A stretch of 64,000 nt of DNA from Catenovulum sp. SX2. GTDB taxonomy: Bacteria; Pseudomonadota; Gammaproteobacteria; Enterobacterales; Alteromonadaceae. The translations under genes and the position numbers were made by a program. Under the pieces are notes generated by a model. The model saw only the letters and a program-made list of their open reading frames with translations, did not search any database and was not told where the DNA came from. This document shows, one piece after another, positions 1-9,520 of the stretch (positions are counted from its first letter, which is position 1; every line of letters starts with the position of its first letter). The stretch covers positions 2,123,989 to 2,187,988 of the forward strand of contig NZ_CP182493.1 of the NCBI RefSeq assembly GCF_052056295.1, in the 5' to 3' direction.

Positions 1-1
1 C

Positions 2-1003
2 CAACATGGTCGTAAACACTTGCCTTGGCAACAAAACAAAAGTTTATACAAAACTTGGTTGTCAGAAGTCATGCTGCAACAAACGCAAGTAACCACAGTT
101 ATCCCCTACTTCGAGCGTTTTATCACTAGCTTTCCAACAGTAGAAGCCTTAGCAGCCGCCGAGCAAGATCAAGTTTTGCAACACTGGACCGGCCTAGGTT
201 ATTACGCCCGTGCGCGTAACCTACATAAAGCGGCACAACAAATTGTCGAGCTGCATGGTGAGTTTCCAACCGACTTTGAGCAAGTATTAGCTTTGCCCGG
301 CATAGGCCGTTCAACCGCAGGCGCTATCTTATCGTTAACGCTAGAACAGCCTTATCCAATTTTAGATGGCAATGTTAAACGAGTGCTCTGTCGTTATTTT
401 AAAATTGAACAATGGTCGGGTGAAAAGAAAGTACAAGACCACCTTTGGCAGTTAGCCGAGCAAGTAACTCCAGCTATTGGCGTCAATCACTTTAACCAAG
501 CTATGATGGATTTAGGCTCAGCGATTTGTAGCCGCAGTAAACCTAAATGCGATGATTGTCCGCTGCAACAAAGTTGCCAAGCTTATCAAGATAACTGCGT
601 TAGCCAGCTGCCTGTCCCTAGACCGAAAAAAGACAAACCTGTTAAACACACTTTTATGTATTTGCTCAAACATGGTGATCAGGTATTGTTAAATAAACGT
701 CCACCAACTGGTATTTGGGGTGGCTTGTACACTCTGCCTGAATCTGAACGCCAATTAACCTTAGGTGAAGTTGAGCATTTATTTGCACTAGTTGGACGAA
801 AACAAACTCAACTTGAACCATTCCGACACACTTTCACCCATTATCATTTAGATATTCAGCCAATTTTAGTTGAGGTTGAGCAGGTTAACTCAGGTATTAA
901 AGAGTCGGATGATGTTTGGTTTGATTTAAATAGTGAAGCTGAGTTTGGTATGGCGACTCCTACTAAAAATTTGTTAGCTGAAGTGATAGCAGGCAAATTC
1001 TAG
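2..1003 (+). CDS. mutY: A/G-specific adenine DNA glycosylase MutY, 5'-partial (N-terminus lies upstream of the window)
   Basis: Translation aligns along its whole length with E. coli MutY ([48 protein letters not shown], the CxxxxxxC..C..C 4Fe-4S cluster loop and a C-terminal NUDIX-like domain). The ORF is open to base 2 and has no start codon inside the window. Confidence 0.93.
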   Translation, partial: QHGRKHLPWQQNKSLYKTWLSEVMLQQTQVTTVIPYFERFITSFPTVEALAAAEQDQVLQHWTGLGYYARARNLHKAAQQIVELHGEFPTDFEQVLALPGIGRSTAGAILSLTLEQPYPILDGNVKRVLCRYFKIEQWSGEKKVQDHLWQLAEQVTPAIGVNHFNQAMMDLGSAICSRSKPKCDDCPLQQSCQAYQDNCVSQLPVPRPKKDKPVKHTFMYLLKHGDQVLLNKRPPTGIWGGLYTLPESERQLTLGEVEHLFALVGRKQTQLEPFRHTFTHYHLDIQPILVEVEQVNSGIKESDDVWFDLNSEAEFGMATPTKNLLAEVIAGKF

Positions 1004-1130
1004 CTGTGCAAATTGGATAATTGATGTTGGTTAATAAACAGGCTAATATTACGCCAACAAATGTAAACGTTATCAACAATTGTGCGAAATAAGTCGTCTT
1101 ATATTTCGAGGTGCAAATACGATGCGAGTT

Positions 1131-1890
1131 AAGTGCAATATAATCGAGTTGGTTTTGAATGCGCTGTAGATTTGTGCAATTGAGTCCACTCGATGTTTAA
1201 TTTTTAAAAGGCGCGGTAAACCCACCCTTAGGCGCTCCGCCCTGTCATCCATGACAGGGAGGCTTTTAAAAATTAACACTCGAGTAGACTCCAACTAGCA
1301 TTTTTATTGCGATTGTCATCATTCTAAAGCGATAAAAATGCCGAGAAGGTGAATGGATGTGTTGCGAACAAAACTTCACAAGGAAGGGAAGCCTTGTGTG
1401 AGCGACACAAGGATGTGCTCGAAGCGTTTTTGTGAGTAATACTCCATTTAGCTTCGACTTATGCAGCACCGAACAAGCAGTACCTTTATTCAAGTGCAAT
1501 GTAATCGGGTTAATGCTCTTTGGTTTAAAGTGCTGATGGATTTGTGCCACAGAGCCCACTCGATGTTTAATTTTTAAAAGACGCGGTAAACCCATCCTTG
1601 GGCGCTCCGCCCTGTCATCCATGACAGGGAGGCTTTTAAAAATTAACACTCGAGTAGACTCCAACTAGCATTTTTATTGCGATTTTCATCATTCTACCGC
1701 AATAAAAATGCCGAGAAGATGAATGGATGTGTTGCGAACAAAACTTCACAAGGAAGGGAAGCCTTGTGTGAGCGACACAGGATGTGCTTGAAGCGTTTTT
1801 GTGAGTAATACTCCATTTAGCTTCGACTTATGCAGCACCGAATAAGCAGTACCTTTAACCAAGTGCTAAATAGTCGGCCTAGGCTAAGGT
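1131..1890. repeat. Tandem direct repeat with a period of about 365 bp (two full units plus about 30 bp of a third). Each unit has a 29-bp imperfect inverted repeat around a GC-rich core hairpin, plus an ERIC-like core motif GTGTTGCGAACAAAACTTCACAAGG..CCTTGTGTGAGCGACACAAGG
   Basis: Unit 1 (about 1131-1491) and unit 2 (about 1492-1860) are near-identical. The core motif recurs at about 20.6-20.9 kb and 42.2-42.6 kb. The ORFs predicted here (1073..1294, 1266..1664) are repeat artefacts. Confidence 0.85.
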
Positions 1891-1934
1891 TTCTAACACA
1901 TTGGATTTAAAAACAATAATAACGAGGAATACAA

Positions 1935-3272
1935 ATGTTTGACTTACAACTCACAACAGCAGCCATAACAGCAATAATCGCCTTGCTGATCATGGTGATA
2001 AAACTGCGCGTACCTGCATTTATCGCCCTGCTACTCAGCTGTTTATTGCTCGGCCTAACCACAGGTATGCAAACACAAGACATCATCAACTCAATTAAAA
2101 ACGGCATGGGTGGCACACTTGGTTTTGTCGCTGTAGTCGTAGGGTTAGGTGCAATACTTGGGCAAATTCTCGAAGCCAGCGGCGGTATAGAACAAATAGC
2201 CAAAGTACTAATGAACAAATTTGGCGAAAAAAATATACAATGGAGTTTAGGTTTCACCGGCTTTTTGGTCGCAATCCCTGTCTTTTTTGATGTTGCATTT
2301 ATCATACTCGCACCACTGCTCTACGGTCTTGCCAATAAAAGTGGGCGCTCACTTTTATATTACGCAGTACCACTACTAGCCGGCTTAGCAGTAACACATG
2401 CGTTTATTCCGCCAACACCTGGGCCAATTGCAGTAGCTGAAATTATTGGTGCCAATTTAGGTTGGGTGATTATCTTTGGAGCAGCCGCAGGCATACCATC
2501 TATGATAATTGCAGGGCCATTATTTGCGCGCTATATAGCAAAACGAATTCACGTAACAGTTCCTCCAGCGCACCAAACAGATAGTGAGCAACCAATACAA
2601 ACACTGAGTTTTAATCTAGTTATTAGCCTAGTGTTACTGCCGCTAGTGTTAATCATGTTAGGTACACTCGCGCCTTTCTTATTTGCCAAAGACACCAGTC
2701 TATACAATACAGCGCAGTTTATCGGTCATCCATTTGTAGCACTTAGTTTAACTACAGTTCTGGCGATGTGGGCATCCGCCAAATATTGCGAATTCAACAA
2801 AAGCCAATTGCTTAACCTAGCCAACAAGGCACTTGAACCTGCGGGCATCATTATTTTAATCACTGGCGCAGGTGGCGCATTTAAACAGATATTAATCGAC
2901 TCAGGTGTAGGGCAAATGTTAGGCAATAGCATGGCAGATAGCGCAATGCCGCTGGTATTGCTGGCGTTTGTAATTGCAGCTATTACGCGGGTTGCCCAAG
3001 GTTCATCCACAGTTGCTATGATCACAGCAGCAGGTTTAATGGCACCTATTTTACAACTACAAACATTAACACCTGCTTATTTAGGTTTATTGGTGATCGC
3101 CATTTCATCTGGCGCAACCATAATGTCACACGTAAACGATTCAGGTTTCTGGCTAGTCAGCCGTTATTTAGGCATCAACGAAACCGACACCTTAAAGTCG
3201 TGGACAGTATTAACCTGTTTAATCGCAATGGTCGGTTTAACTAGCTGTCTGCTCATCAGCATCTTTCTATAA
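1935..3272 (+). CDS. GntP-family permease (gluconate:H+ symporter family)
   Basis: 445 aa, polytopic membrane protein. The N-terminal MFDLQLTTAAITAIIALLIMVIKLRVPAF.ALL and the overall length and architecture are typical of the GntP/DsdX family. Confidence 0.8.
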   Translation: MFDLQLTTAAITAIIALLIMVIKLRVPAFIALLLSCLLLGLTTGMQTQDIINSIKNGMGGTLGFVAVVVGLGAILGQILEASGGIEQIAKVLMNKFGEKNIQWSLGFTGFLVAIPVFFDVAFIILAPLLYGLANKSGRSLLYYAVPLLAGLAVTHAFIPPTPGPIAVAEIIGANLGWVIIFGAAAGIPSMIIAGPLFARYIAKRIHVTVPPAHQTDSEQPIQTLSFNLVISLVLLPLVLIMLGTLAPFLFAKDTSLYNTAQFIGHPFVALSLTTVLAMWASAKYCEFNKSQLLNLANKALEPAGIIILITGAGGAFKQILIDSGVGQMLGNSMADSAMPLVLLAFVIAAITRVAQGSSTVAMITAAGLMAPILQLQTLTPAYLGLLVIAISSGATIMSHVNDSGFWLVSRYLGINETDTLKSWTVLTCLIAMVGLTSCLLISIFL

Positions 3273-3278
3273 AGCAAC

Positions 3279-3318
3279 AATATTGCAATAAAAGGTAAAT
3301 ATTTACCTTTTTATTGCA
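3279..3318. terminator. Near-perfect 40-bp AT-rich palindrome (attgcaataaaaggtaaata/tatttacctttttattgcaat) downstream of the permease gene; probable bidirectional terminator
   Basis: Palindrome read directly; it lies immediately after the stop of the 1935..3272 CDS. Confidence 0.5.
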
Positions 3319-3607
3319 ATACCTCAAATAACAAGCTCAATTCCCTCTTACCATCTCTGCTACTTAGCGCACTAACTTAAATGAAACTGACTAAACCCCA
3401 TTTAAAATCAGTAAAAGTTAAAATTAAAACCGATTAATTTAAGAATAGGTTAAATTATTTTACATTTATTTAATGTAATTATTTACCTTTAAGGGAAAAT
3501 ATTTTACCATCCAAAATGTTGATGTATAAAAATACGTCAATGCCCTTGTTACAAATATAGCCGTCTTAACGGCAACCCTATCAAATACAACAAAGGTCAA
3601 CACCACG

Positions 3608-6600
3608 ATGAAACATAATAATAGTAAGATTTGCACAGCAATCCTTGCAGCATTAGCTACGGGTGCTTTTACACCGTCATATGCTAATGAAGAACCAACG
3701 GAAGTTATCCAAGTAAAAGGGATAAAAAGTTCATTAAAAGAAGCAGCATTCAGAAAACAAAACGCAACTGTTGTACAAGAAAGCATAGTTGCAGAAGATA
3801 TTGGTAAATTCCCAGACCAAAACGTTGCTGAGTCACTACAACGTATTACCGGTGTGTCGATTTCACGGGTAAATGGCGAAGGTTCACAAGTATCAGTGCG
3901 CAGTTTTGGCCCGGAATTTAATATGGTCAAACTCAACAATCGTACCTTAGCAACCACAAGTGGTGGCCGTAGTTTCGATTTCCAATTATTGCCATCAGAA
4001 CTGATCGCAGGTGCGGATGTTAAAAAGTCAGCTTCAGCAGATATGGCAGCAGGCAGCATAGGTGCCTACATCAATGTTCGTACAGCTCGCCCACTCGACA
4101 GCACAGGTTTGCATGTAACAGGTGCGGTAAAAGCCAACCAACAAAGTTTGGCGGGTGATACCAATCAAGAAATGTTTGGTTTAGTCAGCAACAGTTTTGC
4201 GGATGACACATTTGGCGTACTCGTTGGTGTTTCTTACAAAGAAACCAGCTCACGCATTGATAAATACCGCAGCTCACATTGGAATCAATTTGCCAATGGT
4301 TGGGGTGCATATAATCCAAGTGTGATTGCCAACGACGAGGGTGGTTACGACTCAGCGCCAGGTTATGGTATTCCAGGGTATTTTGACTCATCAGATTTAG
4401 ACCATGTTTATGACTCAAAGGGCAATTTAATCGTCGCGCGCGATGGCAATGGCGACCCAGTTACCGACAACCAAGGAAACTATTTAGACAGTAGCGGTAA
4501 TCTAGTTGCAGCTCGTGGTCCAGGGCGTAGCATTTTCAGCATGACAGACGAAGAACGCAAACGTATTGGTTTTAATGCAGTTTTGCAATTTGCACCGTCA
4601 GACGAATTTGAAGCAACAGTGGATTTACTCCACACTAAATTAGAACGCAAACATTTAGGTTCAGGTTTACAAGTGCCAAACCAAACCGCCAATGCTTATA
4701 CCAGTGTAATGATCAGTGACACTGGCACTTTGTTAGCCGGCACAATTCGCGACACAGACGTAGAGATGAATGTCGATTACGGCAATCAAGAATCAACCAC
4801 ATCAGCCATAGGTTTTAACGCAGTTTATCGCCAAGACGCATTAACCTTAGAATTTGATGCATCTTATTCAAAAGCTAAAACAGATTATGAAGGTGATGAC
4901 ACAACTGCGCTGCACTACACTCGCTACACCTCAGCTACCAATGAACATGGCTGGAACGGTGAAACCAATACAAGTTTAGTTACAGATGATAACGGTGATC
5001 CTGTATACAGTTTAATCGCTATGGATTATTCAACTGATGTACCTTCAATGTTAGTTACCGGTATGGATTTAACTGACATTTCACAAGTACGTGCGGCATG
5101 GCAAAGATACGCTGGTTACGAAAGTGAAGATGAAGTTAAACAAGTACAATTTGATGCCTTATATGAAATAGATACAGGCATAGTCACATCAGTTAAAGCA
5201 GGTGTTGCATACGAAGACCGCAGCATTTCTTCTGTTAACTTAGGTACTGAATTTAATGCAGTAACAGGCGCAGAAGATTGGGATGGCGCAGGCATGTGGA
5301 TTGGTGACGGTGCAACCTGGGGCCCAAGCGCCGCAACCGGTATTTTGCCAGCGGGTGTGCTTGAGCTCAGTGCTAGCGACTATATGGATGGCATTTCAGG
5401 TGTATTCCCGCGCCAGTGGGTACAAGTAACAGATCACGATACATATCGAGCGGCCACTCAAAAAATGTTAGAAGACATGATTGAAGCAGATCCTGACGGA
5501 CAAGGCTGGCGCTCTGGCAAAGTGGATGCAGGCTGGGACACTTTACATCCAAGTGCAACAGGTTACGTAAACGACGAATCTACTGTATCTGCTTATTTAC
5601 AAACGAATTTAGAAGGTGAGTTAGCCGGTTTTGTCTGGAATGGTAATTTAGGCGCCCGTTACCTGTCGGTCGACAACACTGCCAGTGGTAAAGCTTCGAA
5701 AATAGAAGAGTTACAACTAGCCTCAGGCACGGTTGAAAATGGCAAATATGTTTCTGTCGACAATACCGCGAGTACTTCAGCGCAAGCAGAAGTGGTGAAA
5801 ACCAGTGAAGAACACTTTTTACCAAGCGCAAACTTTAGCATTAACTTCGACAATGGTATTTATTTGCGCACAGCAGCGGCTAAAACCATTACTCGCCCGT
5901 CATTGTCTGATGCAAGCGTGTATTACACAGAAGCACCAGGGTTAGACGCACCTATAGTTGCTATATCTGGTGGTAACCCATATCTAAAATCGTACAAAGT
6001 GAATCAATTTGATTTGTCGTTAGAATATTACGCAGACAACGGCGATGCATACTCTGTTGGCTACTTCTACAAAGACATCTCAAACTTTATTTCAACCGTT
6101 ACTAAACTTGGCACTTGGGATGGCCCAGTATCAAGCGAATTAATGGATGCATACGCTGATTTAAACGTTAATCGTATTGGTTATACCTCTAACCGCAAAG
6201 AAAACCGTCCAGGCGGTTCGGTGCAAGGTTTAGAAATTGGTTTATTACACCACTTTGATTATTTACCGGGTTTATTAAGTGGTTTAGGTGTGCAAGCTAA
6301 CTACACCTATGCAGATAGCGAAGACAAAGACGCATTACCACTAAACACACCAGGTGTAGTTGAACCCGGCAGTGGTTTAGAAGGTTTTGCGAAAAATTCG
6401 TATAACGTTATCGCATTTTATGATCAAGATGGTTTCCAAGCTCGTGTAGCTTATAACTATCGTGACGCCTTTTTAAGCAGCCGTTCGGGTGATGGTATTT
6501 CGCCAGAATACAACGACGATTATGGTCAAGTTGATGTAAGTGTTTCATACGATATTACCGACAACATTACCATTGCAATGGAAGCGGTCAATCTAACCAA

Positions 6601-6697
6601 TGAAACGCGCCTACAATACTATGGTCAGCGCGATCGCGTTAGCCTAGTTGAAATGTCAGGCAGCCGTTATCAACTTGGTGTAAGAGCAAGCTTCTAA
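3608..6697 (+). CDS. TonB-dependent outer-membrane receptor
   Basis: 1029 aa. Signal peptide, then a plug region (VIQVKG, TonB-box-like; NVAESLQRITGVSISR), a long beta-barrel and a C-terminal aromatic residue (..LGVRASF). Confidence 0.9.
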   Translation: MKHNNSKICTAILAALATGAFTPSYANEEPTEVIQVKGIKSSLKEAAFRKQNATVVQESIVAEDIGKFPDQNVAESLQRITGVSISRVNGEGSQVSVRSFGPEFNMVKLNNRTLATTSGGRSFDFQLLPSELIAGADVKKSASADMAAGSIGAYINVRTARPLDSTGLHVTGAVKANQQSLAGDTNQEMFGLVSNSFADDTFGVLVGVSYKETSSRIDKYRSSHWNQFANGWGAYNPSVIANDEGGYDSAPGYGIPGYFDSSDLDHVYDSKGNLIVARDGNGDPVTDNQGNYLDSSGNLVAARGPGRSIFSMTDEERKRIGFNAVLQFAPSDEFEATVDLLHTKLERKHLGSGLQVPNQTANAYTSVMISDTGTLLAGTIRDTDVEMNVDYGNQESTTSAIGFNAVYRQDALTLEFDASYSKAKTDYEGDDTTALHYTRYTSATNEHGWNGETNTSLVTDDNGDPVYSLIAMDYSTDVPSMLVTGMDLTDISQVRAAWQRYAGYESEDEVKQVQFDALYEIDTGIVTSVKAGVAYEDRSISSVNLGTEFNAVTGAEDWDGAGMWIGDGATWGPSAATGILPAGVLELSASDYMDGISGVFPRQWVQVTDHDTYRAATQKMLEDMIEADPDGQGWRSGKVDAGWDTLHPSATGYVNDESTVSAYLQTNLEGELAGFVWNGNLGARYLSVDNTASGKASKIEELQLASGTVENGKYVSVDNTASTSAQAEVVKTSEEHFLPSANFSINFDNGIYLRTAAAKTITRPSLSDASVYYTEAPGLDAPIVAISGGNPYLKSYKVNQFDLSLEYYADNGDAYSVGYFYKDISNFISTVTKLGTWDGPVSSELMDAYADLNVNRIGYTSNRKENRPGGSVQGLEIGLLHHFDYLPGLLSGLGVQANYTYADSEDKDALPLNTPGVVEPGSGLEGFAKNSYNVIAFYDQDGFQARVAYNYRDAFLSSRSGDGISPEYNDDYGQVDVSVSYDITDNITIAMEAVNLTNETRLQYYGQRDRVSLVEMSGSRYQLGVRASF

Positions 6698-6711
6698 ATA
6701 TACAACTGATT

Positions 6712-6738
6712 AAAGGGGCAATATGCCCCTTTATTTTT
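6712..6738 (+). terminator. Rho-independent terminator (aaaggggcaATATgcccctttatttttt)
   Basis: GC stem-loop followed by a T-run directly after the TBDR stop codon. Confidence 0.6.
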
Positions 6739-6754
6739 TGATGTTGAGGGATAT

Positions 6755-8233
6755 ATGAAATTTGTTATTGTTGGTGGAGGCATGGCCGGCTGGATGAGTG
6801 CTGCTTTGCTGGCAAAATTGCTGAAAAATACCCAAACACAAATCACCTTAGTAGAATCACCTTTAGTTGGCAGCATAGGTGTTGGTGAAGCGACAGTGCC
6901 ATCCTATGTCGATTTTTTGCAACTGTTAGGCATAGACCTCAATGATTTTGTTGTTAAAACCAATGCGACCTATAAACTCGGTATCGAGTTTATCAATTGG
7001 AATGGTGATGATAAATCTTACTGGCATCCTTTTGGTGGCATTGGCTGCAAAATTGATGGGCAAGACTTTTTCCAACATTGGTTAAAAAGCCGTTTATATG
7101 GCAATCAAACAAGTTATAGCGACTTTTCGCCATCAGCCAAAATGGCGCAAGCACAAAAATTCTATCTACCGAATAAACAACAACCAAATAACCTGTCAAC
7201 CATGGGTTACGCATTACATTTTGATGCAAGCCTAGCAGCCAATTACTTAGCCGAATTTGCCCAACAACATGGTGTGCAGCTAACATCAGCTCATGTTGAG
7301 CATGTGCAGCAACACACAGATGGCAGTATTCAACAGTTAGTTTTGCAAAACGGGCAAACAATATCAGGTGACTTTTTTATCGACTGTAGTGGCCAACAAG
7401 CGTTACTTTTAGCTGAAACACTTGGGGTTGGTTATGTCAGTTGGCAAAACTATCTACCAGTAAACTGTGCGATTGCGCTGCAAACCAGCAGCGACACAAG
7501 TTTAAGACCTTATACCCAAGCTATTGCGATGCAACACGGTTGGCGCTGGAATATTCCACTGCGCAATCGCCAAGGCAATGGTTATGTATTTAGTAATCAG
7601 TACTGCTGCAGCCAACAAGCGATCGACGAGCTGAACAGCCAAGTAACAGGTAAAGCTCTGACACAAGCAAGATTAATTGAATTCACCACAGGTAAACGCA
7701 GTAAAATGTGGGCGAAAAACTGTATTGCTTTAGGTTTAGCCTCTGGCTTTTTAGAACCTTTAGAATCAACCAGTATTTATTTAATTATGAAAGGCATACT
7801 CAATTTCGCTAAGTTACTGCCGAATAAAAATGCTAATCAAGCAAATGCAGATGAATATAACCGTTTAATGGCGCACGAATATCAAGAAATCCGCGACTTT
7901 ATTGTCGCACATTATTGCACCAGCAAACGTAACGACAGCAAGTTTTGGCGCTCGTGGCAAACCCGCAACATACCCGATAGCCTGCGACATAAGCTCGAAC
8001 TATACAGCTATCAAGGGCATGTACCCTTTCAAGCTGACGATATATTTCAAGCACAAAGCTGGCACTGTGTATTAACCGGCATGGGCAAATTGCCCCAGAG
8101 TTACCAGACCCAAATAGATGCCAGCGACTTTACCCAAGTAAATAAATTTTTAGATAAAATGGCATTTTCGCTTGAGCACTCAGTTAAACAACTATTAACC
8201 CATCAGGCGTATTTAGAGCGAATAACCAGCTAA
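6755..8233 (+). CDS. Flavin-dependent halogenase family protein (tryptophan halogenase-like)
   Basis: N-terminal FAD dinucleotide-binding motif (IVGGGMAGWMSAA) and the halogenase-specific WxWxIP motif (GWRWNIPL). 492 aa. Confidence 0.85.
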   Translation: MKFVIVGGGMAGWMSAALLAKLLKNTQTQITLVESPLVGSIGVGEATVPSYVDFLQLLGIDLNDFVVKTNATYKLGIEFINWNGDDKSYWHPFGGIGCKIDGQDFFQHWLKSRLYGNQTSYSDFSPSAKMAQAQKFYLPNKQQPNNLSTMGYALHFDASLAANYLAEFAQQHGVQLTSAHVEHVQQHTDGSIQQLVLQNGQTISGDFFIDCSGQQALLLAETLGVGYVSWQNYLPVNCAIALQTSSDTSLRPYTQAIAMQHGWRWNIPLRNRQGNGYVFSNQYCCSQQAIDELNSQVTGKALTQARLIEFTTGKRSKMWAKNCIALGLASGFLEPLESTSIYLIMKGILNFAKLLPNKNANQANADEYNRLMAHEYQEIRDFIVAHYCTSKRNDSKFWRSWQTRNIPDSLRHKLELYSYQGHVPFQADDIFQAQSWHCVLTGMGKLPQSYQTQIDASDFTQVNKFLDKMAFSLEHSVKQLLTHQAYLERITS

Positions 8234-8257
8234 CTGGTTTTCGCTCAGACCATGAGT

Positions 8258-9460
8258 TTATTTAAACTCAACTTTCACTGACAAAATATCTACCCAGCCA
8301 GCTTCACCAACTTGATCGTTAGCAGCGTCTTGATGTTCAACACCATCACCAGCGGCGACATAACCTTGCTCTGGGAATCTATCTTCATGTTTCATCATCA
8401 CATTAGTCCAATTCCATGGGCCATCATCGCTAGCAAGATTACTACCGAATACAGGCTCATTATCGACTAGATAATCAGCAGCGACCTCAACAAACAATGG
8501 AGTCGTTTGATCAAATTGTTCCATTAAGGTGTGAAGTGACTGTGGCAAGTCAAACTCGACCGTATCGCCAGTAATGGTAAATTGAGTATCTAATTGAGGA
8601 TTACTATTGCCGCGCTTAGAGATACCATCAGTCCATCGAACAAACAAATTTGACATCAAACTAGATATATCGACTATGTCATCTGTCATGCTCGCAACAT
8701 CTCGAAATATAACACGCACATCGCCAGTGTCTTCTTCACCAGAGTGATTTAGATCTAAAGTTAATCTCACCGAATAATTTACATTAGCTGGTCTAATTTG
8801 TTCAGGTAAATCTCTCAATTTAATACTAACTGTCGCGCCATTACCAGTGTCAGTAATACAGTTAGGTGCAAGCACAGCAGTTGGTCTATCCTGCAAATCG
8901 TAACTACCGTCTACGCCAGAACCACTAACAACCAATTGAGTTTGTCCATCACCAGAAAACTGCCATTCTTCTATTTGCTTGTTGCCAAGAGCTTGCAGCA
9001 ACATTCTTTGTGCTGAATTTGACAATACACGATAACTGCCACCGGTAGCACAATTAGATATAGAAAGATCATATGCGCTCAAATAATGACGGCCTAATAC
9101 AATAGCTTGGCCAATGCCTGAGTCTAACCAAGTTCCCATAGCAAGACCATGTTCAACAAAGTTATCAGCAGCATTTTCATACATAGCAGATTCAATATCA
9201 CTAGCACTGTGACCTTTATTTGTAAGTGCCGTAACTATGTCATTAACATTTACTGCAGATAATTGATGAATATCTTGGTAACCTAATTCACTCATTTGCG
9301 CAGCAAATATATTTACACTAGGTTGCTGATTTTCAGCAGGAACATCATTACCCCCATCATCTTTGATGTCGATTTTTGTATCGCCACAACTGGCCAACAC
9401 AACAGCGCAGGTAATAGCAGACGCCAAGTAACTAAATTTTTTCATTATCTTTATTTCCAT
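8258..9460 (-). CDS. Hypothetical lipoprotein (start probably at the MKKFSY.. ATG, 9445)
   Basis: Lipoprotein signal peptide with lipobox (AVVLASCGD). No recognisable catalytic motifs. Confidence 0.5.
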   Translation of the reverse strand: MEIKIMKKFSYLASAITCAVVLASCGDTKIDIKDDGGNDVPAENQQPSVNIFAAQMSELGYQDIHQLSAVNVNDIVTALTNKGHSASDIESAMYENAADNFVEHGLAMGTWLDSGIGQAIVLGRHYLSAYDLSISNCATGGSYRVLSNSAQRMLLQALGNKQIEEWQFSGDGQTQLVVSGSGVDGSYDLQDRPTAVLAPNCITDTGNGATVSIKLRDLPEQIRPANVNYSVRLTLDLNHSGEEDTGDVRVIFRDVASMTDDIVDISSLMSNLFVRWTDGISKRGNSNPQLDTQFTITGDTVEFDLPQSLHTLMEQFDQTTPLFVEVAADYLVDNEPVFGSNLASDDGPWNWTNVMMKHEDRFPEQGYVAAGDGVEHQDAANDQVGEAGWVDILSVKVEFK

Positions 9461-9520
9461 TTAACAAATTCCGAGTCGAAGCATACGAAGTTATCAGATA
9501 TCAGTCAACCTCATTGAAAA

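Noticed and set aside
1073-1664. ORFs 1073..1294 and 1266..1664 (both beginning MESTRVLIFKSLPVMDDRAER..) and ORFs 20752..20988 and 20774..20968.
   Set aside because: They lie wholly inside the repeat units. Their near-identical N-termini simply reflect the repeated DNA, and there are no homologs, so they are treated as artefacts.
1131-1890. Considered that the structured ~120-bp repeats are integron attC sites. Conserved ends with a variable, always-paired centre is the attC hallmark, and parDE cassettes are typical of chromosomal integrons in Vibrio and Pseudoalteromonas.
   Set aside because: There is no intI gene or attI, the copies are dispersed between housekeeping genes rather than arrayed between promoterless cassettes, the ends do not show clear RYYYAAC/GTTRRRY cores, and at one locus they are tandemly repeated with a 365-bp period. 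Treated as an ERIC/MITE-like dispersed repeat. An attC-like origin cannot be fully excluded without the rest of the genome.
3466-4059. Antisense or overlapping ORFs of 60-200 aa inside large genes (e.g. 3466..4059, 12987..13419, 21887..22235, 39540..40028, 53726..53947, 57241..57570).
   Set aside because: Each is fully embedded in, and opposite to or out of frame with, a well-supported conserved gene. The compositional bias of the host gene explains the open frames.
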